DNA of 64,000 nucleotides from a virus (IMGVR_UViG_3300034198_006385:22663-86662); one strand, 5' to 3'; positions 20,131 through 30,482 are shown, counted from the first letter of the stretch. Notes: generated by a model not told the origin, from the sequence alone. Made by a program: numbers and translations.

Positions 20131-20435
20131 TGGAAGGAAATAAAATGCTTTTTAAAAAAGAAATTCTTAAAGAATTATTGTGGGATGAAGAATATGAGGA
20201 TGAAAAAGGTGATGAATATAAAACTATTTTAAATGAAATTAATGATACTAGTCGTTGGTCAATTCATCATAAACACATCTTTTCATTCAAAGGAAAATAT
20301 TACATTACTTACTATAGTGTTGGCGCAACTGAACAACAAGATGAAAGCCCATATGAGTATGATGATGACATGATTGAATGTGATGAAGTTGAACCATATG
20401 AAGAAACAATTATTAAGTATAGGGTTAAAAAATAA
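20121..20435 (+). CDS. hypothetical protein
   Basis: SRWSIHH...GATEQQDESP motif. Confidence 0.6.
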   Translation: MALMEGNKMLFKKEILKELLWDEEYEDEKGDEYKTILNEINDTSRWSIHHKHIFSFKGKYYITYYSVGATEQQDESPYEYDDDMIECDEVEPYEETIIKYRVKK

Positions 20436-20623
20436 TGTGGAAACCCTGGCAAAGATTTATTATTGGAATTACTGAAGTAATTGATGGATTTTCATCCATT
20501 CTTACTTTTGGTTTTTATCATTCAACTCTATCATATTATGTAATGTCATTTTTTGTTAATAAAAATGACGATTTTTATATTGATGGTTCAGATATTGAGG
20601 TAAAGGAAGAAAATGAAACTTGA
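20435..20623 (+). CDS. hypothetical protein
   Basis: Coupled ORF. Confidence 0.5.
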   Translation: MWKPWQRFIIGITEVIDGFSSILTFGFYHSTLSYYVMSFFVNKNDDFYIDGSDIEVKEENET

Positions 20624-21062
20624 TTTTAGTATTCAAACAATTCAATTTGAAAAAATGATTGTTGACGGAATTGAAGTATTTCGATTAGGTAGTAATTGTT
20701 GGTTTGCCATCTCTAACTCTGGTAGTGAATTTTACGAAATTATGGTTTGTGATCATCTAGAAAAAGAATATCAAAGACGCAAAGAAATATTTAATAAAAA
20801 ATGGATGTATATTCAACCATCTTCGGCTGGTCCCAATTTTCCAGAATATATTACAATGACTGGTAAAGAAATTTATGATGAATATTGGGATCATTTTTAT
20901 ACTAAAATGATTAAAAAATTTGGTCCAGGGCATGAATATATTACATTAGAAGAATGTATCTATTCTTGGGTAGCTGTGCATTGGGCATGGGAAGTAAAAG
21001 AAGATGAAAATCCATTTGAATATGATGATCCATTTGATTTAGAAAATTTGATCCAAGATTGA
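20613..21062 (+). CDS. hypothetical protein
   Basis: ORF track. Confidence 0.55.
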   Translation: MKLDFSIQTIQFEKMIVDGIEVFRLGSNCWFAISNSGSEFYEIMVCDHLEKEYQRRKEIFNKKWMYIQPSSAGPNFPEYITMTGKEIYDEYWDHFYTKMIKKFGPGHEYITLEECIYSWVAVHWAWEVKEDENPFEYDDPFDLENLIQD

Positions 21063-21064
21063 TA

Positions 21065-21093
21065 TTGACATATCACTATATCTGGTGTATATT
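21065..21093 (+). promoter_or_regulatory. sigma70-type promoter
   Basis: TTGACA-17nt-TATATT upstream of thyX. Confidence 0.65.
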
Positions 21094-21129
21094 AAGGCTA
21101 ACCAATAACAATAAGAGGTATTTTAAAAT

Positions 21130-22875
21130 ATGAGTATTGAATCTTACGAAGATTATGTAAGTGTTAAAATAATCGGAATGACTGAATCTTTTATTAAAGA
21201 TAATGTAACTGGCCAAAAATTGACACCACAAGAATTTGTGGCCTATTGTGCTAGGGTTAGTAATCCATCAAATCAGATGAATAATGACACATCAGAAAAT
21301 CTTCTTATGTATTGTATTCGTAATAAACATTGGTCGATTTTTGAAATGGTCAATATTGCCTGTGAAATTAAAACAACGCGCGATATTTCCCATCAAGCAA
21401 TTCGTCACCGAAGCCAAAATTTCCAAGAATTTTGTGTTTCTGGTGACACAAAAATTAGATTTATATTACCAAGTGTTTTAAAACGGGACGGAAATTCATC
21501 TTACACAAAAGAAATTGAACATTTATACAATAATTGGATTAAAAATTCCCATACACAAAATGTAATTAAAAATATGCATATTCGAGTATATGATGAAGTA
21601 AATAAATGTTTTACTACTTCACATATTTCTAATATATTTAAAACAGGTGTTAAACCAGTATTTAAAGTTACTTTAACTAACGAAAAAACAATTAAATGCA
21701 CGAAAGAAGAGAGATTTTTCACAAAAAATGGATTTCTTCCTTTAGAAGAAATTGTTGGTCTAACTAACAATAAAAATATGTGGTCTATGACTAATAATTG
21801 TGAAGTTGCAACCAACGGTATTCCTGTCTATCAATCATACGAATGGTTAAAAGAAGCTAAAGAAGAATCTATTATTAAAGGCTTTGGGGTTCCATATATT
21901 GCCGAAAAAGCGGGGGTGTCATATCACACAATTAGAAAATGGTTAAAAATTAATAAACTTCAATTTACAAAAAAAGAAGTTGCACAATACACCCAAATTT
22001 GGAATAAAGGGAAATTCGGATATTCTCTGCCCAAACATAAACAAGAAACTATTGAAAAAATGCGTAAAAGTGCTAAACGCGGTGCCGACTCCAATTTATG
22101 GAAAGGCGGTGTTGAGCGGTCAGAACGTTTAAAAATTGCTGATTGGTGTAATGCAAATAGATCATCATTTTTAATAAAATATAATTATACATGTAATAAA
22201 TGTAATTCTAATAAAAAATTACATCTTCATCATATAAAACCCGTATATTCACACTCAGAATTAGCATATGATTTCGACAATATTGAAGTATTATGTAAAA
22301 ATTGTCATTATGATGTTCATAATTTAAACGGAGATTATAAAATCAATAAATCAAAAAAATCTAAATTAGGTATTGAATGGACAACATTTAAGCATATTGA
22401 ATATATTGGCGAAGAAATGACTTATGATTTAGAAGTTGAACACAATTCACATAATTATGTTGCAAATAATATTTTAGTTCATAATTCTCAAAGATATGCC
22501 GACCCAACACAACTAGATAGTGGATTTGTTGTCAGAGAAGCAAGGCTTCAAGATAAAAAAAATCGTCAAAATAGTATTGATGTTGAAGATGATAAATTAC
22601 AAGAAGAATGGATTTCTCGCCAATTAAAACAAATTGATCTTGCAAAAGAAAATTATGATTGGGCAGTTGCAAATGGTATTGCAAAAGAACAAGCAAGAGT
22701 TGTGCTTCCTGAAGGATTAACCAAAACAACCTATTACATTAATGGAACTTTACGTTCCTTTATTCATTACATTCAAGTTCGCGCTGATCCGTCAACACAA
22801 AAGGAACACAGAATTATTGCAAATGCTCTACTACAAAATTTGCAACAATATTTCCCATTTTTAAATCGGGTCTAA
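21130..22875 (+). CDS. thyX: FAD-dependent thymidylate synthase ThyX, intein-containing
   Basis: YCARVSNP, HWSIFE, RHRSQNFQEF|intein|SQRY, AKEQAR.VLP, TQKEHR. Confidence 0.93.
   Translation: MSIESYEDYVSVKIIGMTESFIKDNVTGQKLTPQEFVAYCARVSNPSNQMNNDTSENLLMYCIRNKHWSIFEMVNIACEIKTTRDISHQAIRHRSQNFQEFCVSGDTKIRFILPSVLKRDGNSSYTKEIEHLYNNWIKNSHTQNVIKNMHIRVYDEVNKCFTTSHISNIFKTGVKPVFKVTLTNEKTIKCTKEERFFTKNGFLPLEEIVGLTNNKNMWSMTNNCEVATNGIPVYQSYEWLKEAKEESIIKGFGVPYIAEKAGVSYHTIRKWLKINKLQFTKKEVAQYTQIWNKGKFGYSLPKHKQETIEKMRKSAKRGADSNLWKGGVERSERLKIADWCNANRSSFLIKYNYTCNKCNSNKKLHLHHIKPVYSHSELAYDFDNIEVLCKNCHYDVHNLNGDYKINKSKKSKLGIEWTTFKHIEYIGEEMTYDLEVEHNSHNYVANNILVHNSQRYADPTQLDSGFVVREARLQDKKNRQNSIDVEDDKLQEEWISRQLKQIDLAKENYDWAVANGIAKEQARVVLPEGLTKTTYYINGTLRSFIHYIQVRADPSTQKEHRIIANALLQNLQQYFPFLNRV
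21433..22485 (+). mobile_element. intein (351 aa) with HNH homing endonuclease
   Basis: Starts C(VSGDT), ends TYDLEVEHNSHNYVANNILVHN followed by Ser; internal CNKC...HHIKP...NIEVLCKNCH HNH motif. Confidence 0.92.
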
Positions 22876-22923
22876 AACTAAATAAGAAATCCTCGTAAAC
22901 AAAAAATCATTAAAGGATTAAAA

Positions 22924-24693
22924 ATGGTATCTATAGATTTAACAAGGGACTCGTTATTTGATTCCCTTGGGGTAATACGTCTGCGCGAATCTTATATGAA
23001 AGATGAAGAACAAAGCCCCCAGGAACGATATGCATATGTTTCCGAAAAATTTAGTTCCAATCCTGAACATGCTCAAAGATTATATGAATATGCATCAAAA
23101 CATTGGCTTTCATATTCCACCCCAATTTTATCATTTGGAAAATCAAAAAAAGGATTACCAATTAGTTGTTTTCTAAGCTATATGCAAGATTCAACTGAAG
23201 GATTAGTGGATACTTTATCGGAGACTAATTGGCTTTCAATGCTTGGTGGTGGTGTTGGAGTTGGTTTGGGTATTAGGGCTAAAGATGAAAAATCAACAGG
23301 TGTGATGCCTCATTTAAGAGTTTATGATGCATCATGTAGAGCATATCAACAAGGAACAACTAGACGTGGTTCTTATGCTATGTATCTTGATATTTCGCAT
23401 CCTGATATTGAAATGTTTATTGATATGCGTAAAGCAACCGGAGACCAAAATCTTCGCGCACCAAATCTACATCATGGAATTAATGTAACTGATGAATTTA
23501 TGCAAATTATTGAAAAATGTATGACTATCCCAAATTATGATGATACATGGGAATTAATTAATCCTCATAATAAAAAAGTTATGAAAAAAATTTCCGCCAA
23601 ATATCTATGGCAAAAAATTCTTAATAATAGAATGGAAACAGGGGAACCATATCTTCATTTTATTACAACAGCAAATAGAGCACTACCTAAATGGCAAAAA
23701 GATAAGGGATTGGAAATTAAACAATCAAATTTATGTTCAGAAATAGAACTTTCAACAAATAAAGAAAGAACAGCAGTTTGTTGTTTATCATCAGTAAATT
23801 TATTATATTATGATATTTGGAAAGATGATCCATTATTTTTATCTGATATTCTTGAAATGTTAGATAATGTTTTACAATATTTTATTAAAAATGCACCAAA
23901 TACAATCAAACGTGCAAAATATTCTGCAATGATGGAAAGGTCTGTTGGTGTTGGTGCATTAGGATGGCATTCTTATCTACAAAAAAATAATATCGCCTTC
24001 GAAAGTTTAGAGGCAATTGATGCAAATAATAAAATTTTTAAACATATTAGAGAACAATTAAATAATGCAAATTTACGTCTTGGTAAAGAAAGAGGAGAGG
24101 CGCTGGATGCAATTGGAACTGGATATCGTCTTTCTCATGTAATGTCGATTGCCCCAAACGCAACATCTTCAATTATTTGTGGTAATGTTTCCCCATCAAT
24201 TGAACCTCTTAAAGCTAATATCTACAATCAAAAAACTTTATCGGGTGTGCATACTACAAGAAATGAACATTTTACAAATCTATTAAAACAAAAATATCCA
24301 GAACAAGATATTGATGAAGTTTGGAGAAGTGTATTAGCTAATGAAGGATCAGTTCAACATTTAGATTTCTTATCAGCACATGATAAAAATGTATTTAAAA
24401 CTGCATTAGAAATTGACCAAAGATGGATTATTTTACATGCATCTACTAGACAAAGATTTATTGATCAAGGACAATCAATCAATTTATTTTTTGAACCAAC
24501 AACTAATGTTAAATATTTACATGATGTTCATTTCTTAGCATGGAAATCTGGATGTAAAGCATTATATTATTGCCGAAGTGAAAATGTTGGTAGAACAGAT
24601 AAAGTAGGTAAACAAATTGAACGACAAATCATTCATGAAATTCAAGAAATTGGTCTTGAACAATCAGATGAATGTTTAGCATGTAGTGGATAA
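22924..24693 (+). CDS. nrdA: ribonucleotide reductase class Ia alpha subunit (no ATP cone)
   Basis: LPISCF, QSNLCSEI, AVCCLSS, IAPNATSS, DQGQSINL, LYYCRS, C-terminal CLACSG. Confidence 0.95.
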   Translation: MVSIDLTRDSLFDSLGVIRLRESYMKDEEQSPQERYAYVSEKFSSNPEHAQRLYEYASKHWLSYSTPILSFGKSKKGLPISCFLSYMQDSTEGLVDTLSETNWLSMLGGGVGVGLGIRAKDEKSTGVMPHLRVYDASCRAYQQGTTRRGSYAMYLDISHPDIEMFIDMRKATGDQNLRAPNLHHGINVTDEFMQIIEKCMTIPNYDDTWELINPHNKKVMKKISAKYLWQKILNNRMETGEPYLHFITTANRALPKWQKDKGLEIKQSNLCSEIELSTNKERTAVCCLSSVNLLYYDIWKDDPLFLSDILEMLDNVLQYFIKNAPNTIKRAKYSAMMERSVGVGALGWHSYLQKNNIAFESLEAIDANNKIFKHIREQLNNANLRLGKERGEALDAIGTGYRLSHVMSIAPNATSSIICGNVSPSIEPLKANIYNQKTLSGVHTTRNEHFTNLLKQKYPEQDIDEVWRSVLANEGSVQHLDFLSAHDKNVFKTALEIDQRWIILHASTRQRFIDQGQSINLFFEPTTNVKYLHDVHFLAWKSGCKALYYCRSENVGRTDKVGKQIERQIIHEIQEIGLEQSDECLACSG

Positions 24694-24699
24694 TGAATT

Positions 24700-25674
24700 A
24701 TGAGTAATAAAAAATTAAAATTAACAGACAGACGTGATTATTTTAAACCATTTTCATATCCGTGGGCATATGATGCGTGGTTAAAATCAGAACAATCTCA
24801 TTGGCTTCATACAGAAGTTCCAATGGATGGTGATGTAAATGATTGGAATCAACGAATTACTGATGGAGAACGATATTTTCTAACTCAGATTTTTCGGTTC
24901 TTTACTCAAGGAGATATTGATGTTGCGGATGGTTATATTGAAAAATATATGCCTTTCTTCCCACAACCAGAAATTCGCATGATGCTTTCATCATTTGCCG
25001 CGCGTGAAGCACTCCATATTGCTGCATACAGTCATCTAATTGAAACTGTTGGTATGGCTGAAACCACGTATGAAGAATTTCATAACTACAAAGAAATGCG
25101 AGATAAACACGAATATTTTGCCACTTTAGCTAAAAGCGATGAAGAATCAATTGCACAACAAATTGCCGCATTTTCGGCATTCACCGAAGGTATGCAATTA
25201 TTCAGTTCTTTCATCATGCTTTTGAATTTTCCTCGTCATGGAAAAATGAATGGAATGGGTCAGATTATTGCATGGTCAATCATTGATGAAACCTTGCATT
25301 GTGAAAGTATGATTAAATTATTTCGAACTTTCGTTGAAGAAAATCGTCATATTTGGAAAGATAAATTAAAAAGTGAAATTTATACTATTGCAACTAAAAT
25401 GGTTGAATTAGAAGATGCATTTATTGATCTTGCTTTTTCCCTGGGACCAATGCAAAATCTAACTGCCGATGAAGTAAAACAATATATTAGATATATTTGT
25501 GATAGGAGATTAATTGCTCTGGGATTAAAAGGCATTTTTAAAATAAAAAAGAATCCTTTAATGTGGGTAGAAGAAATTCTAAATGCCCCAGCACACGTTA
25601 ACTTCTTTGAAAATCGAAGTACCAATTATTCTAAAGGCGCGATGACAGGAACTTGGGGAGATGTATGGAAATGA
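24700..25674 (+). CDS. nrdB: ribonucleotide reductase beta subunit
   Basis: FFTQGD, EALHIAAYS, EGMQLFSSF, DETLH, NFFE. Confidence 0.95.
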   Translation: MSNKKLKLTDRRDYFKPFSYPWAYDAWLKSEQSHWLHTEVPMDGDVNDWNQRITDGERYFLTQIFRFFTQGDIDVADGYIEKYMPFFPQPEIRMMLSSFAAREALHIAAYSHLIETVGMAETTYEEFHNYKEMRDKHEYFATLAKSDEESIAQQIAAFSAFTEGMQLFSSFIMLLNFPRHGKMNGMGQIIAWSIIDETLHCESMIKLFRTFVEENRHIWKDKLKSEIYTIATKMVELEDAFIDLAFSLGPMQNLTADEVKQYIRYICDRRLIALGLKGIFKIKKNPLMWVEEILNAPAHVNFFENRSTNYSKGAMTGTWGDVWK

Positions 25675-26261
25675 AATACAAAAATCATTTCACAATAATT
25701 AAAGAAATGAATACGCATCATATTTCAATAGAAGATAGAGATTTATATAATGTAAATGGAAGTAAACCATTTGATCCTATGGATCATGCAATTGATAATC
25801 AATTAAATATTAGAAAAATTTCAGAAACCCCAACTGGTCATCATATCTATCATATTAATGATACAAATCATCCTGAATATCATACGATTTATGCGTGGCA
25901 TCCAGATGACAAAACATCTCATGTATCAGTAAATGTTACTGATATGGATAAAAATAAAGGTAAATTACCAAAAAATATTCATGTAGATATGGTTTCTTCC
26001 AAAAAAGGATCATCATTAAAAGCGCATGATTTATATCATCATTTAATTACCAATCATGACATGGTTATTACAAGCGGTGAACAAACAATGGGCGGTCTTA
26101 AATTATGGAAAAATTTAGCAAAAAATAAAGATGTATCAATTCGTGGATTTATACCATCAAATAATGAGTTTACTGGTCCAGTAAATTTAGATACAATGGA
26201 ACCATTAAATCCTGCTAAATCAAATATGTTATTAATTGCATCAAAAAGTAATAATGAATAA
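25671..26261 (+). CDS. putative GNAT-like protein with internal-protein-like N-terminus
   Basis: MKYKNHFTIIKE leader; C-terminal LYHHLI...SGEQTMGGLKLWKNL pattern. Confidence 0.45.
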   Translation: MKYKNHFTIIKEMNTHHISIEDRDLYNVNGSKPFDPMDHAIDNQLNIRKISETPTGHHIYHINDTNHPEYHTIYAWHPDDKTSHVSVNVTDMDKNKGKLPKNIHVDMVSSKKGSSLKAHDLYHHLITNHDMVITSGEQTMGGLKLWKNLAKNKDVSIRGFIPSNNEFTGPVNLDTMEPLNPAKSNMLLIASKSNNE

Positions 26262-26703
26262 TATGAAAAAGAAATTTATAGAATATTATATGAAGATTGC
26301 GGAGGAGACAGCGATGTTATCCTCCGCAAGACGTTTAAAGGCTGGTTGTGTTGCCGCGAAAAATAATCGCATCATCGCCTACGGTTATAATGGAACTCCT
26401 TCTGGATGGGATAATAATTGTGAAATAGAAAAAAATGATGGCACTCTGATTACTAAACCAGAAGTTTTACATGCCGAAATGAATTGTTTAATGAAATTAT
26501 GCCAATCAACAGAATCATCACTTGGCGCAATACTTTTTATTACTCATTCACCTTGCATGGAATGTAGCAAGGCTATATACCAGTCAGGTATAACCCATGT
26601 AATTTACAAAGACGAATATCGTCTTAATGATGGTTTGATATTTCTCAAAAAGGGAAATGTATTAGTAGAAAAATATTATGATATTATTAATGAAAAGGAT
26701 TAA
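26254..26703 (+). CDS. cd: dCMP deaminase
   Basis: GYNGTPSG, HAEMN, THSPCMEC. Confidence 0.92.
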   Translation: MNNMKKKFIEYYMKIAEETAMLSSARRLKAGCVAAKNNRIIAYGYNGTPSGWDNNCEIEKNDGTLITKPEVLHAEMNCLMKLCQSTESSLGAILFITHSPCMECSKAIYQSGITHVIYKDEYRLNDGLIFLKKGNVLVEKYYDIINEKD

Positions 26704-26705
26704 TT

Positions 26706-27695
26706 ATGTTTGATGAAAATGAGATTTCCATTAAAGCAAATGGCGGAACTGAATTAGCCAAAAGACATTTAGGGCAATTACTTCCCCAAGATTTACAAGA
26801 TAATTTTCAAATTATTTGTTCGCGAGTAAGAGACTTACAAGAAGATAAAATTCGCATCTTCTGGTGCCACGATTTATTTGCTGATCCTGAATGTAAAAAA
26901 TTAGCAGAACAATCTTTTCGCCAAAAATTTCATAAAATTGTATATGTAAGTAATTGGCAATATGATATGTTTAGAAAAGGATTAAATCTTCCTTATACTG
27001 AAAAAGATATTGTTATTGAAAATGGAATTGAGCCTATGCAATATATTCCAAATAAATCTAATGACGTAATTAATTTAGTTTATGCATCTACCCCACAAAG
27101 GGGATTAGGTATTTTAGTTCCTGTATTTGAAGCACTATACAATCATAGAAAAGATATTCATCTTCATGTATTTTCTAGTTTTAAAATTTATGGCTGGGAT
27201 GATGCGGATAAACAATTTAATGAATTATTTGAGCGGTGTAAAGCCCATCCAGCTATTACATATCACGGCTATCAGGATTACGCTACAGTGAGGCAGCAAG
27301 TCAGTCAGAGCCATATTCTGGCCTACCCTAGCATCTGGGAGGAAACATCCTGTAGAGTGCTTATAGAGGCAATGAGCGCGGGACTATTATGCGTTCATCC
27401 TAACTATGGCGCATTACCCGATACATCAGGTGGATTGACAATTATGTATCAAGGAGATGAAGATTTAAATCTTCATGCACAAATTTTTGCTAATACTTTA
27501 AATCAAGCAATTGATAAAGCAAAAAATATAGATATGGAAAATTATTCAAATCTTTTAAAGCATTATACTGATATGAGATTTGGTATTAATAAAATTTCTA
27601 AACAGTGGGAATTTTTGCTGAATGATTTACTAGATCAATATTCTACTATTGAAAGTAGAAAACTTAATAAAACTATTTTAACATTTAAATTTTAA
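26706..27695 (+). CDS. glycosyltransferase (GT-B, GT4-like)
   Basis: GGTE, YASTPQRGL, AYPSIWEETSCRVLIEAMSAG. Confidence 0.85.
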   Translation: MFDENEISIKANGGTELAKRHLGQLLPQDLQDNFQIICSRVRDLQEDKIRIFWCHDLFADPECKKLAEQSFRQKFHKIVYVSNWQYDMFRKGLNLPYTEKDIVIENGIEPMQYIPNKSNDVINLVYASTPQRGLGILVPVFEALYNHRKDIHLHVFSSFKIYGWDDADKQFNELFERCKAHPAITYHGYQDYATVRQQVSQSHILAYPSIWEETSCRVLIEAMSAGLLCVHPNYGALPDTSGGLTIMYQGDEDLNLHAQIFANTLNQAIDKAKNIDMENYSNLLKHYTDMRFGINKISKQWEFLLNDLLDQYSTIESRKLNKTILTFKF

Positions 27696-27705
27696 GGAAT
27701 AAACT

Positions 27706-27864
27706 ATGGCTGAATATGATATTATTTGTCAAAATTGTGGAGTTGATTGTACAATATTAGTAAATCAACCCGGAATGCTAGGATTCGTTGTTGATTTTTG
27801 CCCGATTTGTGGGGAAGAAGTTGAAAATGATAATATGGATGAAGAAGAGGATGATGAAGATTAA
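27706..27864 (+). CDS. small zinc-ribbon protein (52 aa, not in ORF track)
   Basis: MAEYDIICQNCG...FCPICGEE with acidic tail; AAGGA RBS. Confidence 0.7.
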   Translation: MAEYDIICQNCGVDCTILVNQPGMLGFVVDFCPICGEEVENDNMDEEEDDED

Positions 27865-27866
27865 AT

Positions 27867-28289
27867 ATGGATTACGATAATCCTTGGGTATATAAAAATA
27901 AAATATTTACAAGTGATGATATAGATGAATATGTTTCATTTGTCTATATCATCACAAATTTAAAAAATCATAAAAAATATATTGGCAAGAAAACTTTTGT
28001 TAATACTACACGAGTTGCCAAGAAAAATACTAAACGCCGAAAAATTGTTCGTAAAGAAAGTGATTGGAAAAAATATTATGGGAGTTCCAAATCTCTTTTA
28101 TCTGATATAGAAATATACGGAAAAGAGCATTTTCGTCGTACAATTTTACATTTATGTAAAAATAAATCTCAGGCAACCTATTATGAAGCAAAAGAACAAT
28201 TCAAAAGAGGGTGCCTTGAATCCGATAAATGGTATAATGAATGGATTTATTGTAAAATTCAAAAATCAAATATTATTTTGCGGGAATAA
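27867..28289 (+). CDS. GIY-YIG endonuclease (T4 endonuclease II-like)
   Basis: FVYIITN...YIGKK...ESDWKKYYGSS...WYNEWI. Confidence 0.85.
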   Translation: MDYDNPWVYKNKIFTSDDIDEYVSFVYIITNLKNHKKYIGKKTFVNTTRVAKKNTKRRKIVRKESDWKKYYGSSKSLLSDIEIYGKEHFRRTILHLCKNKSQATYYEAKEQFKRGCLESDKWYNEWIYCKIQKSNIILRE

Positions 28290-28515
28290 TAGATACAATA
28301 TTGGCTTTAATGAATGATCGCCATGCCATTATTTCCAGATCATAAATTCTTGCTACATGATCTGGAAATACGATAGGCGGTCCCGGTGGCCAATCTTCTT
28401 GAGGTACATATTTTAAATTTTGGGTGCATAACATATATCTAAGAGAAGCATATCCTTTTTTATAAAATATGATATATGCTATACCATCCAATAATTTATA
28501 ATTAATTATTGCCAT
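28273..28515 (-). CDS. WYL-like/SH3-fold small phage protein
   Basis: F.KK....R.M.CT ... IYDLE..AWRSF. Confidence 0.6.
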   Translation of the reverse strand: MAIINYKLLDGIAYIIFYKKGYASLRYMLCTQNLKYVPQEDWPPGPPIVFPDHVARIYDLEIMAWRSFIKANIVSIIPAK

Positions 28516-28756
28516 TTTTTGTTACAAATAAATCTGGCTGAATTACCGATAATAACATTAATTGATCATAACCCCCTATAAAATTATCATCAATAAAAAT
28601 TGCTGGTGCCGTTCTATGTGCAATTTTATTATATTTTTCTAGGGTAATATCTATTCCAATTTCTTTTTCCCTAAAATCAATTCCCCGTGAATTAAAAAAT
28701 TCCTTTGTCATAATACAAAATGGGCAATTTTTAATTGTATAAATTAATACATTCAT
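28502..28756 (-). CDS. nrdC: glutaredoxin
   Basis: CPFC, TAPAIFI, IGGYD. Confidence 0.9.
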   Translation of the reverse strand: MNVLIYTIKNCPFCIMTKEFFNSRGIDFREKEIGIDITLEKYNKIAHRTAPAIFIDDNFIGGYDQLMLLSVIQPDLFVTKNGNN

Positions 28757-28770
28757 TATAATATTTCCTT

Positions 28771-29373
28771 TTAGTGTTTAAGATATTTAGAAACATGATA
28801 CATTGTAATTGCTGCTGCCGATGCAACATTCAATGATCTAATAACACCACGTTGTTCTAAATGATATACTTCATTTGTTGTATTGATTAAACATTCAGGA
28901 ATACCATTTTTTTCATTACCAAAAACAAAACAAAATATAAAATCATTACGAAATTCATGATTATTATAATCAATTATAATTTTATTAAAATTATCTAAAT
29001 TTTTTGATTTATATGTCTTATCAATAAAGATAGGAAATATTTTATTTGAATAACACATACTTAAAAAATTATCAGTCATTTCCTTTTCATTAGAAAAATC
29101 ATTATAATTATAACGAACATAATCAATATAATTATGTGCGCCGACAGTAGATCGAGTATCTACTTTATTTTTACCAAAAATTAAAACTTTCTTTGCTCCT
29201 AGAATATGCGCGGACCTAATTCCATTTCCAATATTATTATCATATTCAAGATTAAGAAAACAAATAGCATAAGGAAGTCTATCGTTATCAGAAATAACTT
29301 TTAATTCTTCTACTGTTTTATCTTTTAAATCATCATGCACATTATACATTTTATTAACCTTTAATAAGTTCAA
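28771..29373 (-). CDS. SpoU/TrmH-family RNA 2'-O-methyltransferase
   Basis: NIGNGIRSA, VFGNEKNGI, RSLNVASAAAI SPOUT motifs. Confidence 0.85.
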   Translation of the reverse strand: MNLLKVNKMYNVHDDLKDKTVEELKVISDNDRLPYAICFLNLEYDNNIGNGIRSAHILGAKKVLIFGKNKVDTRSTVGAHNYIDYVRYNYNDFSNEKEMTDNFLSMCYSNKIFPIFIDKTYKSKNLDNFNKIIIDYNNHEFRNDFIFCFVFGNEKNGIPECLINTTNEVYHLEQRGVIRSLNVASAAAITMYHVSKYLKH

Positions 29374-29731
29374 CTTTTAATTTTTTACTACCGATTTTGA
29401 CCATATCTAGATTTACGGCACATAGGTAGGTCATATCGAACTCTACGCCTCTAGCATATGGCCCACGGTCATTTACGCGGGCAATGATACTGCGATTATT
29501 GTCTAGGTTAGTCAAACGGACTAATGTTCCAAATGGTAATTTACGATGTGCTACAGTTAATTGATGATTAGGTGAAAATTTTTCACCATTAGCTGTTTTC
29601 TTCCCATGTTTATACCATGATGCTTTAGCATAATAAGTTTTAGTAATAGTAACATTATTATCTGTAGCATACGCAGCGTTGCTTATCAAAAGTGATGATA
29701 GCATCAGTGCTACTGCTGCAAATTTTTTCAA
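29354..29731 (-). CDS. rlpA: RlpA-like lytic transglycosylase (DPBB) with signal peptide
   Basis: ASWY, TANGE, AHRKLPFGT, RVNDRGPY; TTG start behind AAGGAG. Confidence 0.85.
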   Translation of the reverse strand: MKKFAAVALMLSSLLISNAAYATDNNVTITKTYYAKASWYKHGKKTANGEKFSPNHQLTVAHRKLPFGTLVRLTNLDNNRSIIARVNDRGPYARGVEFDMTYLCAVNLDMVKIGSKKLKVELIKG

Positions 29732-29752
29732 AGTAATTCTCCTTAAAAACAA

Positions 29753-29776
29753 AATCGGCGGCATAGACCGCCGATT
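29753..29776 (-). terminator. intrinsic terminator
   Basis: aatcggcgg-cataga-ccgccgatt hairpin with a T-rich run on the minus strand, after the vWA gene. Confidence 0.6.
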
Positions 29777-29805
29777 GTATAGCCTATTATTATTGCTGGC
29801 AAGTA

Positions 29806-30417
29806 TTACTTGCTGGCTTCCTCTAGTTTTGCCTTTGTTGACGATTCATAAAATTCTGATGCACGCAGCCCACTTTGAAAATAATTTTGTGTAACTGCTG
29901 ATGCAATTCCCATACCTAAATTCATAGTATTATGATTTAAATTAATATTACGAGAATTATCAAATACCCCAAATGTATTTTTTGCTACATCTGCAATACC
30001 ATCAAAATTTGCTCCCATAAAAACCACATCATAATTATATTTAGCAATCAAATTTTTAGTCATTTCTTTTACATCAATAGCTTTAAAATGTTTAGATGTA
30101 TTTTCATAATTATTTGTTAGCATAACTAGAATAGCATTTTTTGCACCAGAATCCATCATATTATGCATAATACGTGCAGCGGAATCTAATAATGGTGTTG
30201 AACCACGAGGTTGAATTTCATTAGAAGAAATATCTTTCCAATTTTTTCGTGTAGTATTACGAACAATATCATAACTATATGAATCAAATACCGCAACAAT
30301 AATATCAGCATCTTTAATTGGTTCAATATATTTATTAATACCTGAGATAGTTTCATCCCAAATATTAACCATTGATCCAGAACGATCAAGAAGAAAATAT
30401 AGTTTATTTTTACTCAT
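29806..30417 (-). CDS. von Willebrand factor A domain protein
   Basis: LLDRSGSM, PRGSTPLLD, FMGAN; the usual TDG.EN reads TNNYEN (degenerate MIDAS). Confidence 0.8.
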   Translation of the reverse strand: MSKNKLYFLLDRSGSMVNIWDETISGINKYIEPIKDADIIVAVFDSYSYDIVRNTTRKNWKDISSNEIQPRGSTPLLDSAARIMHNMMDSGAKNAILVMLTNNYENTSKHFKAIDVKEMTKNLIAKYNYDVVFMGANFDGIADVAKNTFGVFDNSRNINLNHNTMNLGMGIASAVTQNYFQSGLRASEFYESSTKAKLEEASK

Positions 30418-30482
30418 TATTTATTTTATCTTTATTGTTTGTTGAACACATAAGATTTATTAATAGAAATTCTACCTAATAA

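Noticed and set aside
22924-25674. Group I introns or inteins in nrdA/nrdB
   Set aside because: Both ORFs are continuous and of expected length
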